Shown here in pieces: positions 24,732 through 35,500 of a stretch of DNA of 64,000 bases. The position numbers and the translations under genes are program-made. Within the stretch, counting starts at the first letter, position 1. The number at the start of each line of letters is the position of its first letter. The stretch is from Elusimicrobiota bacterium (GTDB lineage Bacteria; Elusimicrobiota; UBA8919). Location of the stretch: NCBI GenBank assembly GCA_041658185.1, contig JBBAAR010000001.1, forward strand, positions 122,400 through 186,399. The letters run 5' to 3'. Below the pieces are notes generated by a model that saw only the letters and a list, made by a program, of their open reading frames with translations, did no database searches and was not told the DNA's origin.

Positions 24732-27056
24732 TTACATTTTTCTTCCCACCACAATTCTTTTTGAGGATGTTTTTGCGGCGCCGGTTGTTTTATCCAAGGA
24801 CTCAATGTTGACTATGTAGATACCGGTTCTGACTATGTTGCCGTCATCGTCTTTGCCGTCCCAAGTGACGGTAGCGGCTGCGCCGCCGCCGTCGGAATGG
24901 TCAAGAAGTATCCTAACCTGATGCCCGGAAACATCAAAAACCCTCATCGTTATTTGGCTGTTCGCGGGGACAAGATATGCTATTTTTGCCTGACTGTAAG
25001 TTCCGTCTTTATAAGGTGAAAACGGCGACTGGAAGACCTCCATCGTCTTTGTCGTAGTAATCAGCGTTCCGCCGTAATCGCCGTAGCCGGGAGTTGTTGA
25101 ACTTTCCGACCAGTCGGCTTTTGTATCTGTGTCCATCGGTGCGAGTGTGGCTGTGGTAGCAAGACGGTACATTGATTTTGAAGTTGAACCGCTCCACGCA
25201 AAAGAACCGGCGATATATCCTGCCTCATCCGTTGCCTCCGGCGACCACTTGCCCGCCGTAAAAGCGGCATCATATGCCGCCGTAGCTCCGGTATAACTCG
25301 TATCGCTGTTGGCAAAACTCATAAAATCAACAATCGTATCATCGGCATTTTTTAGCGAGATGTTGTTGTCCGTTCCGGTTAAACCCGGGGACGTCTCGTC
25401 CGAGAATAAATCAATATAGCCGCTGGCGTTTTCGTCGGCAGCCGTTTCGTCGCGGGTCTCACCTCTGATACCTGTCGCGCTATTTCCCTTGGATGCCCAT
25501 AGAACTATAAACTTATCTTTTGCGATAGTTCCCATATCGCCGGGGAATGTCTTAATTAAAGTCGTGCCCTCGTATATTTTTACGCTGCTGACATCAGCAG
25601 AGGCGGCAGTAACAAAAATCTCAATAAAATCACCGCCTGAAATTCCGGGCGCAACTTCAGTAATTTTTCCGGTTATAGAACCTGTTCCGCCGGAGGCGGT
25701 AGCGCTGGAAACAAGCCTTCCCAGATTTCTGTCAGCATACCCCAACCAGTCGGATTTTGCATTTGTTGTATCAACCGGAACGCCGTACTCGCTGGTTCTG
25801 CGATTAAGCGTTATTTTGGTGTCCATTAAACCCGCGGTATTGTCCACGGAATTTACCTCGTGTTCCGACACTGAAGTAGCCGCAGGCACCCACTGATTTA
25901 AAACGACCGCCGCATCATACTCTACGTCATAATCAAACTGACCGTCAACTTTGGCAAAAGGGACAAAATCAATCATTGTGCCGGCGGCATTTTTGAGAGT
26001 TAATGTATTCTCGGTAGCGACAATTGTTATGGCGGAAAAAAAGTCCCATTGCCTGTTTCCAAATGCGTTGATGATTGGAACAGCAGCGTTTGTGCCTGAC
26101 TTAAAATGTGCAATTATGTAATCCCCGGAACTTACTGCCACTGACGGAAAAGTGAAAGTCCCTGAATTTGAAACCGCAATCGCGCAACCGCCGATATTTG
26201 CGGTTGATTCAATAACATAAAGTTCCACCGCATCATAGTCACCGCTACTTGACTGGCCCGCATCTATTTCGGTTATAACCGCTTTTATTGAACCGGTACC
26301 GCCGCCGGCGCCGCCGGTATTTACGGCTCCGGGAGAAGTTGACGGTTGAATAGACCAGTCGGATTTTGCCGTTCCGGTATCGTCAGTATCCGTTGAACTT
26401 GAGTCCCTACCAAATGATTTTCCGACAGCGATACTGCCTGAAGCTACACAATCCGCTTGGCCGCTTCCCGTCCATTGAAATTCGGCGACGGCATTATTTA
26501 ACGCTGTGTTGTTGGCGGTTGTCCAAGTCGCATCCTGGTTGGCAAAAGCCATTGCATCTATCGCATCCGGCGTATTGGCGGCATTTCTTAATGTTAAAAC
26601 AGCATCCGTATTAACCAAACTGGGATCTGCCGTATAAAAATCCCAGACATTGTTTGCACCTTTGCCGGAAATGTCATCTTCGCTATTGCTGGTGCCTTTG
26701 ACGCCAAAATGAAGAAGGATATAATCGCCGACACCCGCCGTAGTAAATAAATTAGGAAATGTTTTATTGGCAACGGTTGCCCCCGTACCAGCTACCACCC
26801 AGGTACTTCCCTGAATTATAGCGGAACCTTCCTGCAACACAAGATTTGAATAATTGCCTGCAACGGCGACATAAAACTCTATCCATTCGGCGCCGGCTGC
26901 TTCGGCCGGTGCGACCTCGTTTATCATTATCGGTGATGCGGAAAAAACGAATCCGCAAATGCCGAGAAATAAGGATAAAGTTAAGATAAAAAATCTCTGC
27001 CCGCCAGAGGCGGATTTCGCCCCACAGGGACTTCCGTTGGTCGCTTTTTTCAGCAT
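24732..27056 (-). CDS. secreted surface protein with three lamin-tail-domain (LTD) repeats and T9SS-type C-terminal sorting domain
   Basis: LTD signatures MINEVAPAEAAGAEWIEFYV, ITEIDAGQSSSGDYDAVELYV and ITEVAPGISGGDFIEIFV. C-terminus ...GIYIVNIESLDKTTGAAKTSSKRIVVGRKM is T9SS-CTD-like. Confidence 0.6.
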   Translation of the reverse strand: MLKKATNGSPCGAKSASGGQRFFILTLSLFLGICGFVFSASPIMINEVAPAEAAGAEWIEFYVAVAGNYSNLVLQEGSAIIQGSTWVVAGTGATVANKTFPNLFTTAGVGDYILLHFGVKGTSNSEDDISGKGANNVWDFYTADPSLVNTDAVLTLRNAANTPDAIDAMAFANQDATWTTANNTALNNAVAEFQWTGSGQADCVASGSIAVGKSFGRDSSSTDTDDTGTAKSDWSIQPSTSPGAVNTGGAGGGTGSIKAVITEIDAGQSSSGDYDAVELYVIESTANIGGCAIAVSNSGTFTFPSVAVSSGDYIIAHFKSGTNAAVPIINAFGNRQWDFFSAITIVATENTLTLKNAAGTMIDFVPFAKVDGQFDYDVEYDAAVVLNQWVPAATSVSEHEVNSVDNTAGLMDTKITLNRRTSEYGVPVDTTNAKSDWLGYADRNLGRLVSSATASGGTGSITGKITEVAPGISGGDFIEIFVTAASADVSSVKIYEGTTLIKTFPGDMGTIAKDKFIVLWASKGNSATGIRGETRDETAADENASGYIDLFSDETSPGLTGTDNNISLKNADDTIVDFMSFANSDTSYTGATAAYDAAFTAGKWSPEATDEAGYIAGSFAWSGSTSKSMYRLATTATLAPMDTDTKADWSESSTTPGYGDYGGTLITTTKTMEVFQSPFSPYKDGTYSQAKIAYLVPANSQITMRVFDVSGHQVRILLDHSDGGGAAATVTWDGKDDDGNIVRTGIYIVNIESLDKTTGAAKTSSKRIVVGRKM

Positions 27057-27173
27057 TTCACCCTCCGAAAACTCTATATATTAAAAAGCAAGTTAAAAGT
27101 CAAAAATCAAAAGCAAAAAACAGTGCATATTTTTCACCTTCAATTTTTAACCTTTAACTTTGAACCTTCTATT

Positions 27174-27791
27174 CTATTCTTCTTCCGATGACTCGCTTGC
27201 GGATGTTTTGTATTTATCCATAAGCGCTTTTTCCACGGCGTCTTTCAGTTTTTTATTTGTGATTAAAATCTGTTTTACCCATTTGCCGCCGCCTTCGGGT
27301 TTTCTTGAAGGCCACGAAATCCAGGGACCTTTTCCGCTTTCCATCAATTTGCATTCAATCCGGACGGCATTATTGAAATCAACCGCAGCAAAAACTTTTA
27401 ACGCTGATGCACGGGTAAATCTTGAATATTTTGATATTTTGTATGAAATTTGTTTTGACGCTTTTGCCGACGGTTTTCCTGATTCAACCGCCTTTTCTAT
27501 CTCGTCCTTCGCCTGTTTCGTAAGCGTCTCAAACTGCGGATATTCTTTGCCTGCTTTTGAAACATATGTCGGATATTTAAGAGAGATGCGACCGCCGACC
27601 TTAATCACCTGAATCTCTTTTACCTTGATGCAGTCGTTGAGAACAATCGTTGCCATTTCCTTTACCGCACCGCCGTCCTCTACCGGCGCCTTTTCAACGC
27701 TGGTTACATAAATTTCGTCAGCCGCAAAAACCGGAACTGCAAACGAAACCGCTAAAAGACAACCCAACAATAAACCAAAAACTTTACGCAT
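27174..27791 (-). CDS. secreted protein with two tandem SpoVG-like domains
   Basis: Signal peptide MRKVFGLLLGCLLAVSFAVPVFA. Both repeats match the SpoVG pattern (repeat 1 IVLNDCIKVKEIQVIKVGGRISLKYPTYVSKAGKEYPQF; repeat 2 AVDFNNAVRIECKLMESGKGPWISWPSRKPEGGGKW). Confidence 0.5.
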   Translation of the reverse strand: MRKVFGLLLGCLLAVSFAVPVFAADEIYVTSVEKAPVEDGGAVKEMATIVLNDCIKVKEIQVIKVGGRISLKYPTYVSKAGKEYPQFETLTKQAKDEIEKAVESGKPSAKASKQISYKISKYSRFTRASALKVFAAVDFNNAVRIECKLMESGKGPWISWPSRKPEGGGKWVKQILITNKKLKDAVEKALMDKYKTSASESSEEE

Positions 27792-27807
27792 TTTTGCCTC
27801 CCCTTAA

Positions 27808-27892
27808 CACCAGCGAATTAGAGAATTAGAGAATTAGAGAATTAGTCAAGCAATATCTAATTCTCTGTCGTTTAAACTAATTCTCTTTCGTA
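27808..27892. repeat. repeat family D copy
   Basis: aacaccagcgaattagagaattagagaattagagaattag...aattctctgtcgtttaaactaattctctttcg. Confidence 0.65.
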
Positions 27893-27896
27893 TAAA

Positions 27897-29447
27897 CTAT
27901 TTTACAACCAACTTCCCTTTTATCTGATTCAATCTTGCAGCAGTAATTCCCTGTACTTCCAATAAATCCTCAACCTTCTCAAATCTTCGGTTTTTTCTGT
28001 AATTGACAATGCTCCTCGCCTGAATCCAGCTGAACCCTGCATCGTGAAGAACATCAACATTCGCAGTATTTATGTCCGTTAGGGACGAGCGGAGAGCAGG
28101 GAGCGGAGTTTCTGTCTTCTGTCCTCTATCCTCTATCCTCTGTCCTTTCATTTTCTGTTTCGCCTGTTCAATCTTATTTTTTGATTCTTTATGGTTCGGG
28201 TCAATTTTCAAAACCTCTTCCCATCCGGCAATCGCAAGTTCGTATTCGCCATTCTGGTAGTGTTTGAACGCGGCATCGTAACGCTGTTTTTTAAACTCCG
28301 ATTTTTCCTGCTCGGTTAATTCTTTCGGTTTTTTCTCTTCCGTAACCGCCGGGGGCTTACTTGTAACTGCCGGCGGACGAACGGGAGAAGGCATCGCCGG
28401 AATAATCATCCCCTCATCTTTTGCCTTTTGCTCTTTCCTCTCTAACTTCTTTTTATCTTTTTTCGGCATTGAATACCTGAATGTCAGAGACAGCCGGTGG
28501 CTTCCTGATGTATCCGCCAATTGCAGCGGGAGCAAAAACGCATAGTCAAGTTGCAACCCGGACTCTTTGAACATTTTATTATACGAAAAACCAAGCGAGA
28601 GTTCCCTGTCGTTTCCGCCGAAACGGGCAGCCCAGGTATTGTAATTAAACCATGTCTCAACACCGCCGGAAATTTTCATATCGGCATCGTTATCGGCAGG
28701 TTTTCTGTAAGAGACATCAACCGTAGGGGTGATATTTTCAAAAAACTTCCAGTCGCCGATGCGATAGGCAGTTCCGAATTTTACAATCATCGGGACTTTA
28801 TCCTCGGTTTTAAGTCCTACATCCGGTTGTAAAATATTTAACGCCGAAAGTCCGAATGAAAAATCGGACGGTTTCAATAAAAATCCTATGTCCGGAGTAA
28901 ATCCGCCCGCGGATGTTTTGTCAAACACCGGGTCGGCGATATTTTTTGTTCTGTCATCAAGCGTATAAGAATGCGTAAGATATTTCAAGTTAAGACCGGC
29001 CATAAACGGAAATCTTATGCCGAGAGAGGAAGCAATATCGCATGAATAACTTGCCGAAATCGTGTTCTCCCTGTAAAATCCCCATAGTGCAAAATCGGTT
29101 ATTGTAAATCCAAAAGCCCCTATTTCCGTCGGATAAACTCCGGCTGCAAACATCTGGGAGAGATTTACATCATCAATTCCCATAAAAAGTTTGTTGTACA
29201 TAAATGTCGTTTCCAGCATTTCAAGTTGAGCAATTCCCGCGGGATTCCAAAGCGTTGCCGCCGGCTCGTTGGCAATAGCGGTAAATGCGTTGCCCATTCC
29301 GCCCGCACGGGTCCCCCAGCCGGTATCCTGGAAAGCGGCAAAAGACAGTGAACAAAAGTGAACAAAAGTGAACAAAAGTGAACAAAAATAAATGCTTTTT
29401 TTCACTTTATTCCAATTATTTTTTCTCTGGTTTAATATTTTAATCAT
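27897..29447 (-). CDS. FadL/PorV-like OM beta-barrel + TPR-like segment + C-terminal ComEA-type HhH domain
   Basis: N-terminal TRAGGMGNAFTAIANEPAATLWNPAGI barrel motif, a TPR-like stretch (YDAAFKHYQNGEYELAIAGWEEVLKIDPNHK), and a C-terminal DINTANVDVLHDAGFSWIQARSIVNYRKNRRFEKVEDLLEVQGI ComEA HhH. A family C repeat lies inside the coding region at 28084-28150. Confidence 0.65.
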   Translation of the reverse strand: MIKILNQRKNNWNKVKKSIYFCSLLFTFVHFCSLSFAAFQDTGWGTRAGGMGNAFTAIANEPAATLWNPAGIAQLEMLETTFMYNKLFMGIDDVNLSQMFAAGVYPTEIGAFGFTITDFALWGFYRENTISASYSCDIASSLGIRFPFMAGLNLKYLTHSYTLDDRTKNIADPVFDKTSAGGFTPDIGFLLKPSDFSFGLSALNILQPDVGLKTEDKVPMIVKFGTAYRIGDWKFFENITPTVDVSYRKPADNDADMKISGGVETWFNYNTWAARFGGNDRELSLGFSYNKMFKESGLQLDYAFLLPLQLADTSGSHRLSLTFRYSMPKKDKKKLERKEQKAKDEGMIIPAMPSPVRPPAVTSKPPAVTEEKKPKELTEQEKSEFKKQRYDAAFKHYQNGEYELAIAGWEEVLKIDPNHKESKNKIEQAKQKMKGQRIEDRGQKTETPLPALRSSLTDINTANVDVLHDAGFSWIQARSIVNYRKNRRFEKVEDLLEVQGITAARLNQIKGKLVVK

Positions 29448-29510
29448 TGTTTCTTAACTTCCTTTCACTTTCTTCCACTTTCCTTCACTTCCTTTCACTG
29501 TCCCATCACT
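29345..29510. repeat. repeat family A copy (arms about 60 bp apart)
   Basis: gtgaacaaaagtgaacaaaagtgaacaaaagtgaacaaaaataaatgc ... cctttcactttcttccactttccttcacttcctttcactg. Confidence 0.7.
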
Positions 29511-32500
29511 TAGCCAACACCACTGCGCCGGTGCGCTTTTCGCCGCTTACCGCTTCAACTTTATAAATATAAACGCCGGATTCCAGGACATTGCCGTCGT
29601 CGTCTTTACCGTCCCAGTCAAGATATGCCTGGTTATTTCCGTCAACAGTTCTAATCTTTTTACCGGTAACATCGTAAATTTCAATTTTAACTATATTGCT
29701 GTCGCATATAAAATGAGCTATATCGTTTTTACCGTCAACGGTAGCGGGAGTAACGAATTTCTCGGATGCCGTAGGTTTAACGGGTATTGCACCCTTCGGG
29801 AAAACCGCGAAAAGTGTGAAGTGGTCCACATAGCCGGAAACGGTATTTTTCACGGTATCAACAGTTCCGCCGATATAACGCCACTCCCAGTTATCCCAAT
29901 AGTATATGCGTAAATTCGTCTCCAAAATGCCGGGACGGTCGTCAATTTCACCGTCGCTGTTCTGGTCAAGGTATCTTATCGTTAAAATTATCGGTTTTTT
30001 GAAATGTGTGTTGTCGGGTGTGAAATCAAAGCAAACAATGGGCGCAGTGCTGACCGATGCAATAGTGGAAGTGTTTTCATTTTTGAAAGCCGAGGGGGGA
30101 GGCGTTAAATCACCGGGGTAACCCTCCTGTAAAATCGCTATAGGAACATTTGTTGCAAGCGCACCGGCTGGAATTGTAACGGACGTTTCACCGTCCGTCT
30201 GGTCGCCGTCGGAAACCGTCAGAGTACCTCCGCCGGCTGTCAGTGTTATAACTGCCGTCTGAGTTTTTACATCAACCGTCGGGGCGGTCGCAGCAGTTTT
30301 TGTATCTCCGTTAATAACAATATACCCGTAGTTTGATGCGACATCCTTTGCCTCAATATAGTATTTGAAATCAACCAGAAACGCCGCACCAATAGGACCT
30401 ATTTTGAAAGTGTAAAGGTCGCCGATGTTGGTCGCCGTTGAGACCTCTATCCAACTGCCGCCGGTCAACTGGTAATAAAGTTTTGCGGATGTAACCGGTT
30501 GAATTGAACCGTTATTATCGGTATCAGTAATGGTAGCGACAAAAATCGCATAGCCGCCTAAAACATTAATTTCTGTTACCAGCGTGTGCGTAACGGTCGG
30601 CGGAACGGTATCGGGATTGGCAACTTTTTCGTTTGAATAAATTGACTCAACACCGTCGGTATCGCGAGTTGTGAGCACATAGTAATATGCTTTCTGAGTG
30701 CGGGGTGAAACAATCGGGTCGGTATAACTCGTTCCCGTAGAAGTTGAACCGGCAAGCGTGTAAGGGCCGCCGGAAACGATTGAATAATAAATTCTGTATG
30801 ACGAGAAATTGCTTGCCGTAAAGTCCGGCGAATGCGTCCAGACAAGATTGATATTACTTCCCGCATAATTCGCCGAAACAAGAACCGGCGGCGCAATAAA
30901 CGGTGCGGTTGAGACGGCAGAGGAATACCCGCTTTCAAGTGCGATTGAATAAAGTCCGTTCAACTGGTCCCCTTTATCAACCGCTACTATTCTGAAATAA
31001 TATGTCACGCCGTTTGTTAAACTTGTTATGTGAAGCGGATTAGAAGAACTGTATAGTGCGGGATAATTTGTTGTAGAACATAACACAACATTACCGTCAA
31101 ATTTTGTAGCAAAAGTGAATGTCGCTCTGTAGACCCAGTATTTTTCTATATCATCATTGCCGGGTTTAAGTGTTGAATTTGTCCACCAGATATTAACGGC
31201 GGTATTTGATGAAACAACAGTCACTGCGGTCGGTTCATTCGGTGCCACATCATATGCGGCGGCATAAGAAAGCGTATTTACAAAAGTTCCCGTTGACCAA
31301 CCCGCCCAGTTGCTGGCAACTTCATCCCTGTATTTCAGCGCAAAATAATATGATGTTCCGGGGTTAAGCCCTGTTACAATAGTAGAATACGGCTCCCGGG
31401 TTACAGTATTTGTTGACACATCAGGACGTATTGTTGCATTACTAAAATCCGTGTCATTTCCTATCGGATTTGTAGAGTACGCCACCCGGTATTCGCCGCC
31501 GGAAACGTTGCCGACTGTTCCGTCGTCGCCGGGAGCCGTCCATCTCAAGTTGACCTCGCCGTCATTTGTTCCGGTTAAAGCAGTCAAGTCGGAAATGTTA
31601 TTCGGCGGTACGGTCTGGACATATGCATATGCGGAGGTGTTTTGTGTAAAAGGTGCATCGGCGGTTGACTTCCACACAGACCAGTTTGTAGAAATTTCAT
31701 CCCGCGCCTTTATCGCAAAATGATAGAGCACATTGTTTCCTAAAAGCCCTGTTACTACTCTTGAACAAGCCGTTAAAGGCAATAGCGAAGAAGTTGATAT
31801 CACGATAGTATTTGCAGCAGACACTGAGCCATAATTTGAATTGCTTATAATATCTGTTGATGAATATTTTATTTCAAATGCCGCATTGTTAAGCGTCCCC
31901 ACAGTTCCGTCATCGCCGGGCGATGTCCACTGCAAAATTATCTGCCCGTCATCGCTCCCGGTTAAAGCGGTCAAATCGGAAATATTATCGGGCGTAACGT
32001 TCACAACGGTTGCATATGCGGAAGTGTTGACGGTTAAATCATTTGCTGATGAAGTCCACACGGACCAGTTTGTAGAAATTTCATCCCTCGTCTTTATCGC
32101 AAAATAATACAGAACGTTGTTACCTAATAAATTATATATGGTAGTTGTACAGGCAGTTAATGGCTGAAGTGAGGTCGTTGTAATCGTAACGGTATAACTC
32201 GGTGCCGGCGGAGAATCGTAATTGGAACTATTTATAATACCTGTTGAAGAGTATTTTATCTCAAAAACGCCGGTAAGATTGCCGACCGTCCCGTCATCGC
32301 CGGGCGATGTCCACTGCAAAATTATCTGCCCGTCATCGCTCCCGGTTAAAGCGGTTAAATCAGAAATCCCGGCAGGCGGAAGGGTATCAGGCGGTTGTTC
32401 CGGCGCCGAAGAAGAGTTTTTGGCAAATCTATAAGTTGAATGAAAAGTGTAATCTGCGTCGTTATTATCAGAATCATAGCCGCATCCGTTTGGCGAATTG

Positions 32501-35500
32501 GGTTTTCTTTCGTAGGATTTTCCGGATGCAAGCCCGCCGGATGAAACCAGGGTTCCTTCAATAGAGTTAACATTCCCGGCATTTTGGGCTATACCGTCAA
32601 TTTTTACACTGGCGGCATCAGTTATCATAACACCGTTTGACACCCCTATACTGGCAGAATATGTTGCATCGGGCGTGGCATTGCCCGCTGGCAGAATGCC
32701 TGCAACAAACAAGAAATACCCATATGCCGGAATAGTTGAGTTTGCCCCCCATGCTATCGTTTTACTTGACAGTACCCCTAAACTGGTTTCAGTTCTCAAT
32801 TTCAATATCCCGCCGGCACTGGGAAGGTTCTTCAAATCAATGTCATTGTTTGTGGGATTGTACAATTCAACAAACTCATTGCCGGCGGCATCCGTACCCG
32901 CGGTTATCTGGCTTATCACTATGTGGTTCGCCCAGGTATTTGATGCCTGAGGCATCGTCATGGTACTTACCGGAGACGCATATGCCGTTTCTATCCGGTC
33001 GCCGTTGTACGCCCACACACTGAAATAGTAAGTTGTGTTAGCGGATAAATAATAGACAATAGTTGTTGTTGCAGTAAGTCCTGACGCAAAATTGACAGCG
33101 GTTGTGGACACATAAAAATCGGTGGCAGTTGCATATTTGACGCCGTATTTTGTCGCCGGGGACGGATTATCATTGGCGTTCCAAGTGAGATTTATAGAAG
33201 TTGAGTTATTTGTCGTCGCTGAAGGACTTGCCGGAGGTGCAGCGGCGGTATATGAAGTTATAGACACAGACCACACACTGCCGTTGGCGTTATTTGCTTC
33301 GGCAAATCTTGTATATTGCGTGTTAGTTGAAAGCCCGACCTCTGCCCAGTAGGTCGTGCCTGTAAATGCGGCATCTGCAAGATTCCCTGAAAGATGCATC
33401 GCAGTATCCGACCCGCTGGACAAATAAAGCCCCGTCTCATTAGTTGAATTATCGTCAAACTGCCAGTAGATTGCGGTTGTACCTCCGAGTAAAGAAGATA
33501 TTTTCAAATTAGAAGGCGCCGTCGGAGGTCCCACTTTCGTTGTTGTGCTTGACTGTATGTATGCCGTCATCGTGGAAACTTCGTTGTATGCCCACACGCG
33601 GAAATAATATGTTGTCTCGGCGGAAAGTCCGAATGCGGTAGTCGTGTTGCCGGTAAAATTATCCGCAAACACTATGAATGTGCTTATGGCAGGCCCGTCA
33701 AATGTATCGGTGGTTGATTTGGCAACGCTGTATCTTGTCCAACTCGGATTGTCGTTGACATTCCACTGAAATGTTGCGCTTGAATAACCCACGCAAGTAT
33801 TTGTAGGGAATACCAAGTTTGTGGGCGGTCGGGCAAGAGTGTATGCGGTCGCTGCATTTGATAACTGGCTTTCGCCTGTAGAATTTGTCGCAACGACAAC
33901 CCTGCAATATGATGAGTTTGCAGATAAAATGTCTTCAATCCAAAATGCGCTGACCGACGGTAAAATTGACGAAACGGCAACGCCGTAAGGCGAAGTTGCA
34001 TACCTCACCCGATAGCCTACTCCCCCGCCGGCATCCGTCCAACTCCACTTTATTGAGTATGTTGACTGTGCAATTCCCGTAAATCCGGTCGGTGCAGAAG
34101 GCGGCGCCAGCCACGGTATCGTGCTTACCTCAACCACCGAAAAACTTTCTTTCGGAACGCTGTAAAGCCCTTGCCCCTGGTCGCCTTTATCAAAAAGTGA
34201 AATGTGATAATAATATGTTGTAAGATTTGTAAGCCCGATATCAACAAACGAGGTAGTCGGATAACCAAGCAGATAAGTGAATGTTGCGGCAACATGAACA
34301 TAACCGCTATCATTTCTTTCCGGCTCGGTAAATGAGGCACTGGACCGATAAACCCAGAATTTGTCGTAATCGTTGACGCCGGCTGGCACCGCGGGATATG
34401 TCCATGTAAGCGAAATGAATGTGTCCCCTCCGACGGCGGTTGATGTAACAACGGCATTCGGTAATAAATCCTGCGCGGCGGAGGTAGAGGCGGTATTTGT
34501 GTAAGTCCCGGTTGACCAACTCGCCCAGTTGTTTGATTCATCTCTATATTTCAATGCGAAATAATATGATGTTCCGGGATTAAGTCCGGTAACCGTTAAC
34601 GAATACGGTTGACTGGGCACGGTCTCGGTCGGTTTCACAATTCTGTAATTTGCCGGTATATTTGAGAAATTGGTTTCGTTTCCGATGGCATTTGTTGAAT
34701 ACCTCAAATCATACTGCCCGCCGGAAATGTTACTTGTCATACCGTCGTCGCCGGGCGCCGTCCAACTCAAAATTACATCCCCGTCGTTTATGCCGGTTAA
34801 ACCCGTCAAATCCGAAATCGCCGCCGGCGGAGTGGTATCTACAGCAGAAGTAAGATTCCCAATAGCCATATCAAACGACTGTCTTGTGGAAAGCGAGTTG
34901 GTTTCTACTGTGGTTACAGCACCCCACGAAGCGCCGCCCCACTTCTGCCATCTGACGGAACTATCGGCACCGTTTGCTATTAGATATATGTCGTCGCTTG
35001 TTGCAGAAACCTCTCTTACAAGACGATACCACTGCCCCTGCGCACCGGCTCCAAAGTCGGTAGCCTGTGCAACGTTGGAAAAAGTCAATCCTCCGGATGC
35101 TCTCGTTGCATATGAAGGCGGTGTAAAAGTGGAAGACGAAAATGCGATAAGACAATCTCCGCTCTGTCTTTCGTAATTTATATCAAATCTTTGTTGAGAA
35201 GAACCTGTTGTATTCCCGGAAATAAAGGCACCGTTTCCCCATGTTGTGCCATCCCAAATTGCAACAGCAAGTTGCGGTGTAGTACTGCCGGGTTTGAAAT
35301 AGTTAAACGCAAGTTGTATTTCGTTAGCGTTTGGTTTTGTGACAAGCCGTACCCACTGTGACCTTGTTGAGTAAGTAACGCTATACCCTACACTCATAGG
35401 AGATGCCGCCCAATCGCCCGCGGCGGTCCACGTTGAATAACTCAAAGAAGTCGCGTTGTTCGTATCAACCCAAACAGCCATCGCTTTTCCGGAATTTTCC

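Noticed and set aside
17560-29510. Possible CRISPR arrays suggested by the many short tandem repeats (GTGAACAAAAG, AAGGTATAAAT, AGAGCATAG and others)
   Set aside because: Units are only 9-12 bp and directly abutting, with no unique spacers. Each array is paired with its own inverted copy and overlaps start codons. No cas genes are present; the Cas4-like domain at 9134..9739 stands alone. They are not CRISPR.
31451-35176. Plus-strand ORFs inside the giant gene (31451..31723, 31841..32107, 32222..32434, 34670..35176) with mutually similar translations (LPTVPSSPGDVHCKIICPSSLPVKAVKSEI...)
   Set aside because: They are antisense shadows of the internal repeat modules of the minus-strand 2290-aa gene, which explains their similarity. 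No independent start or RBS context.
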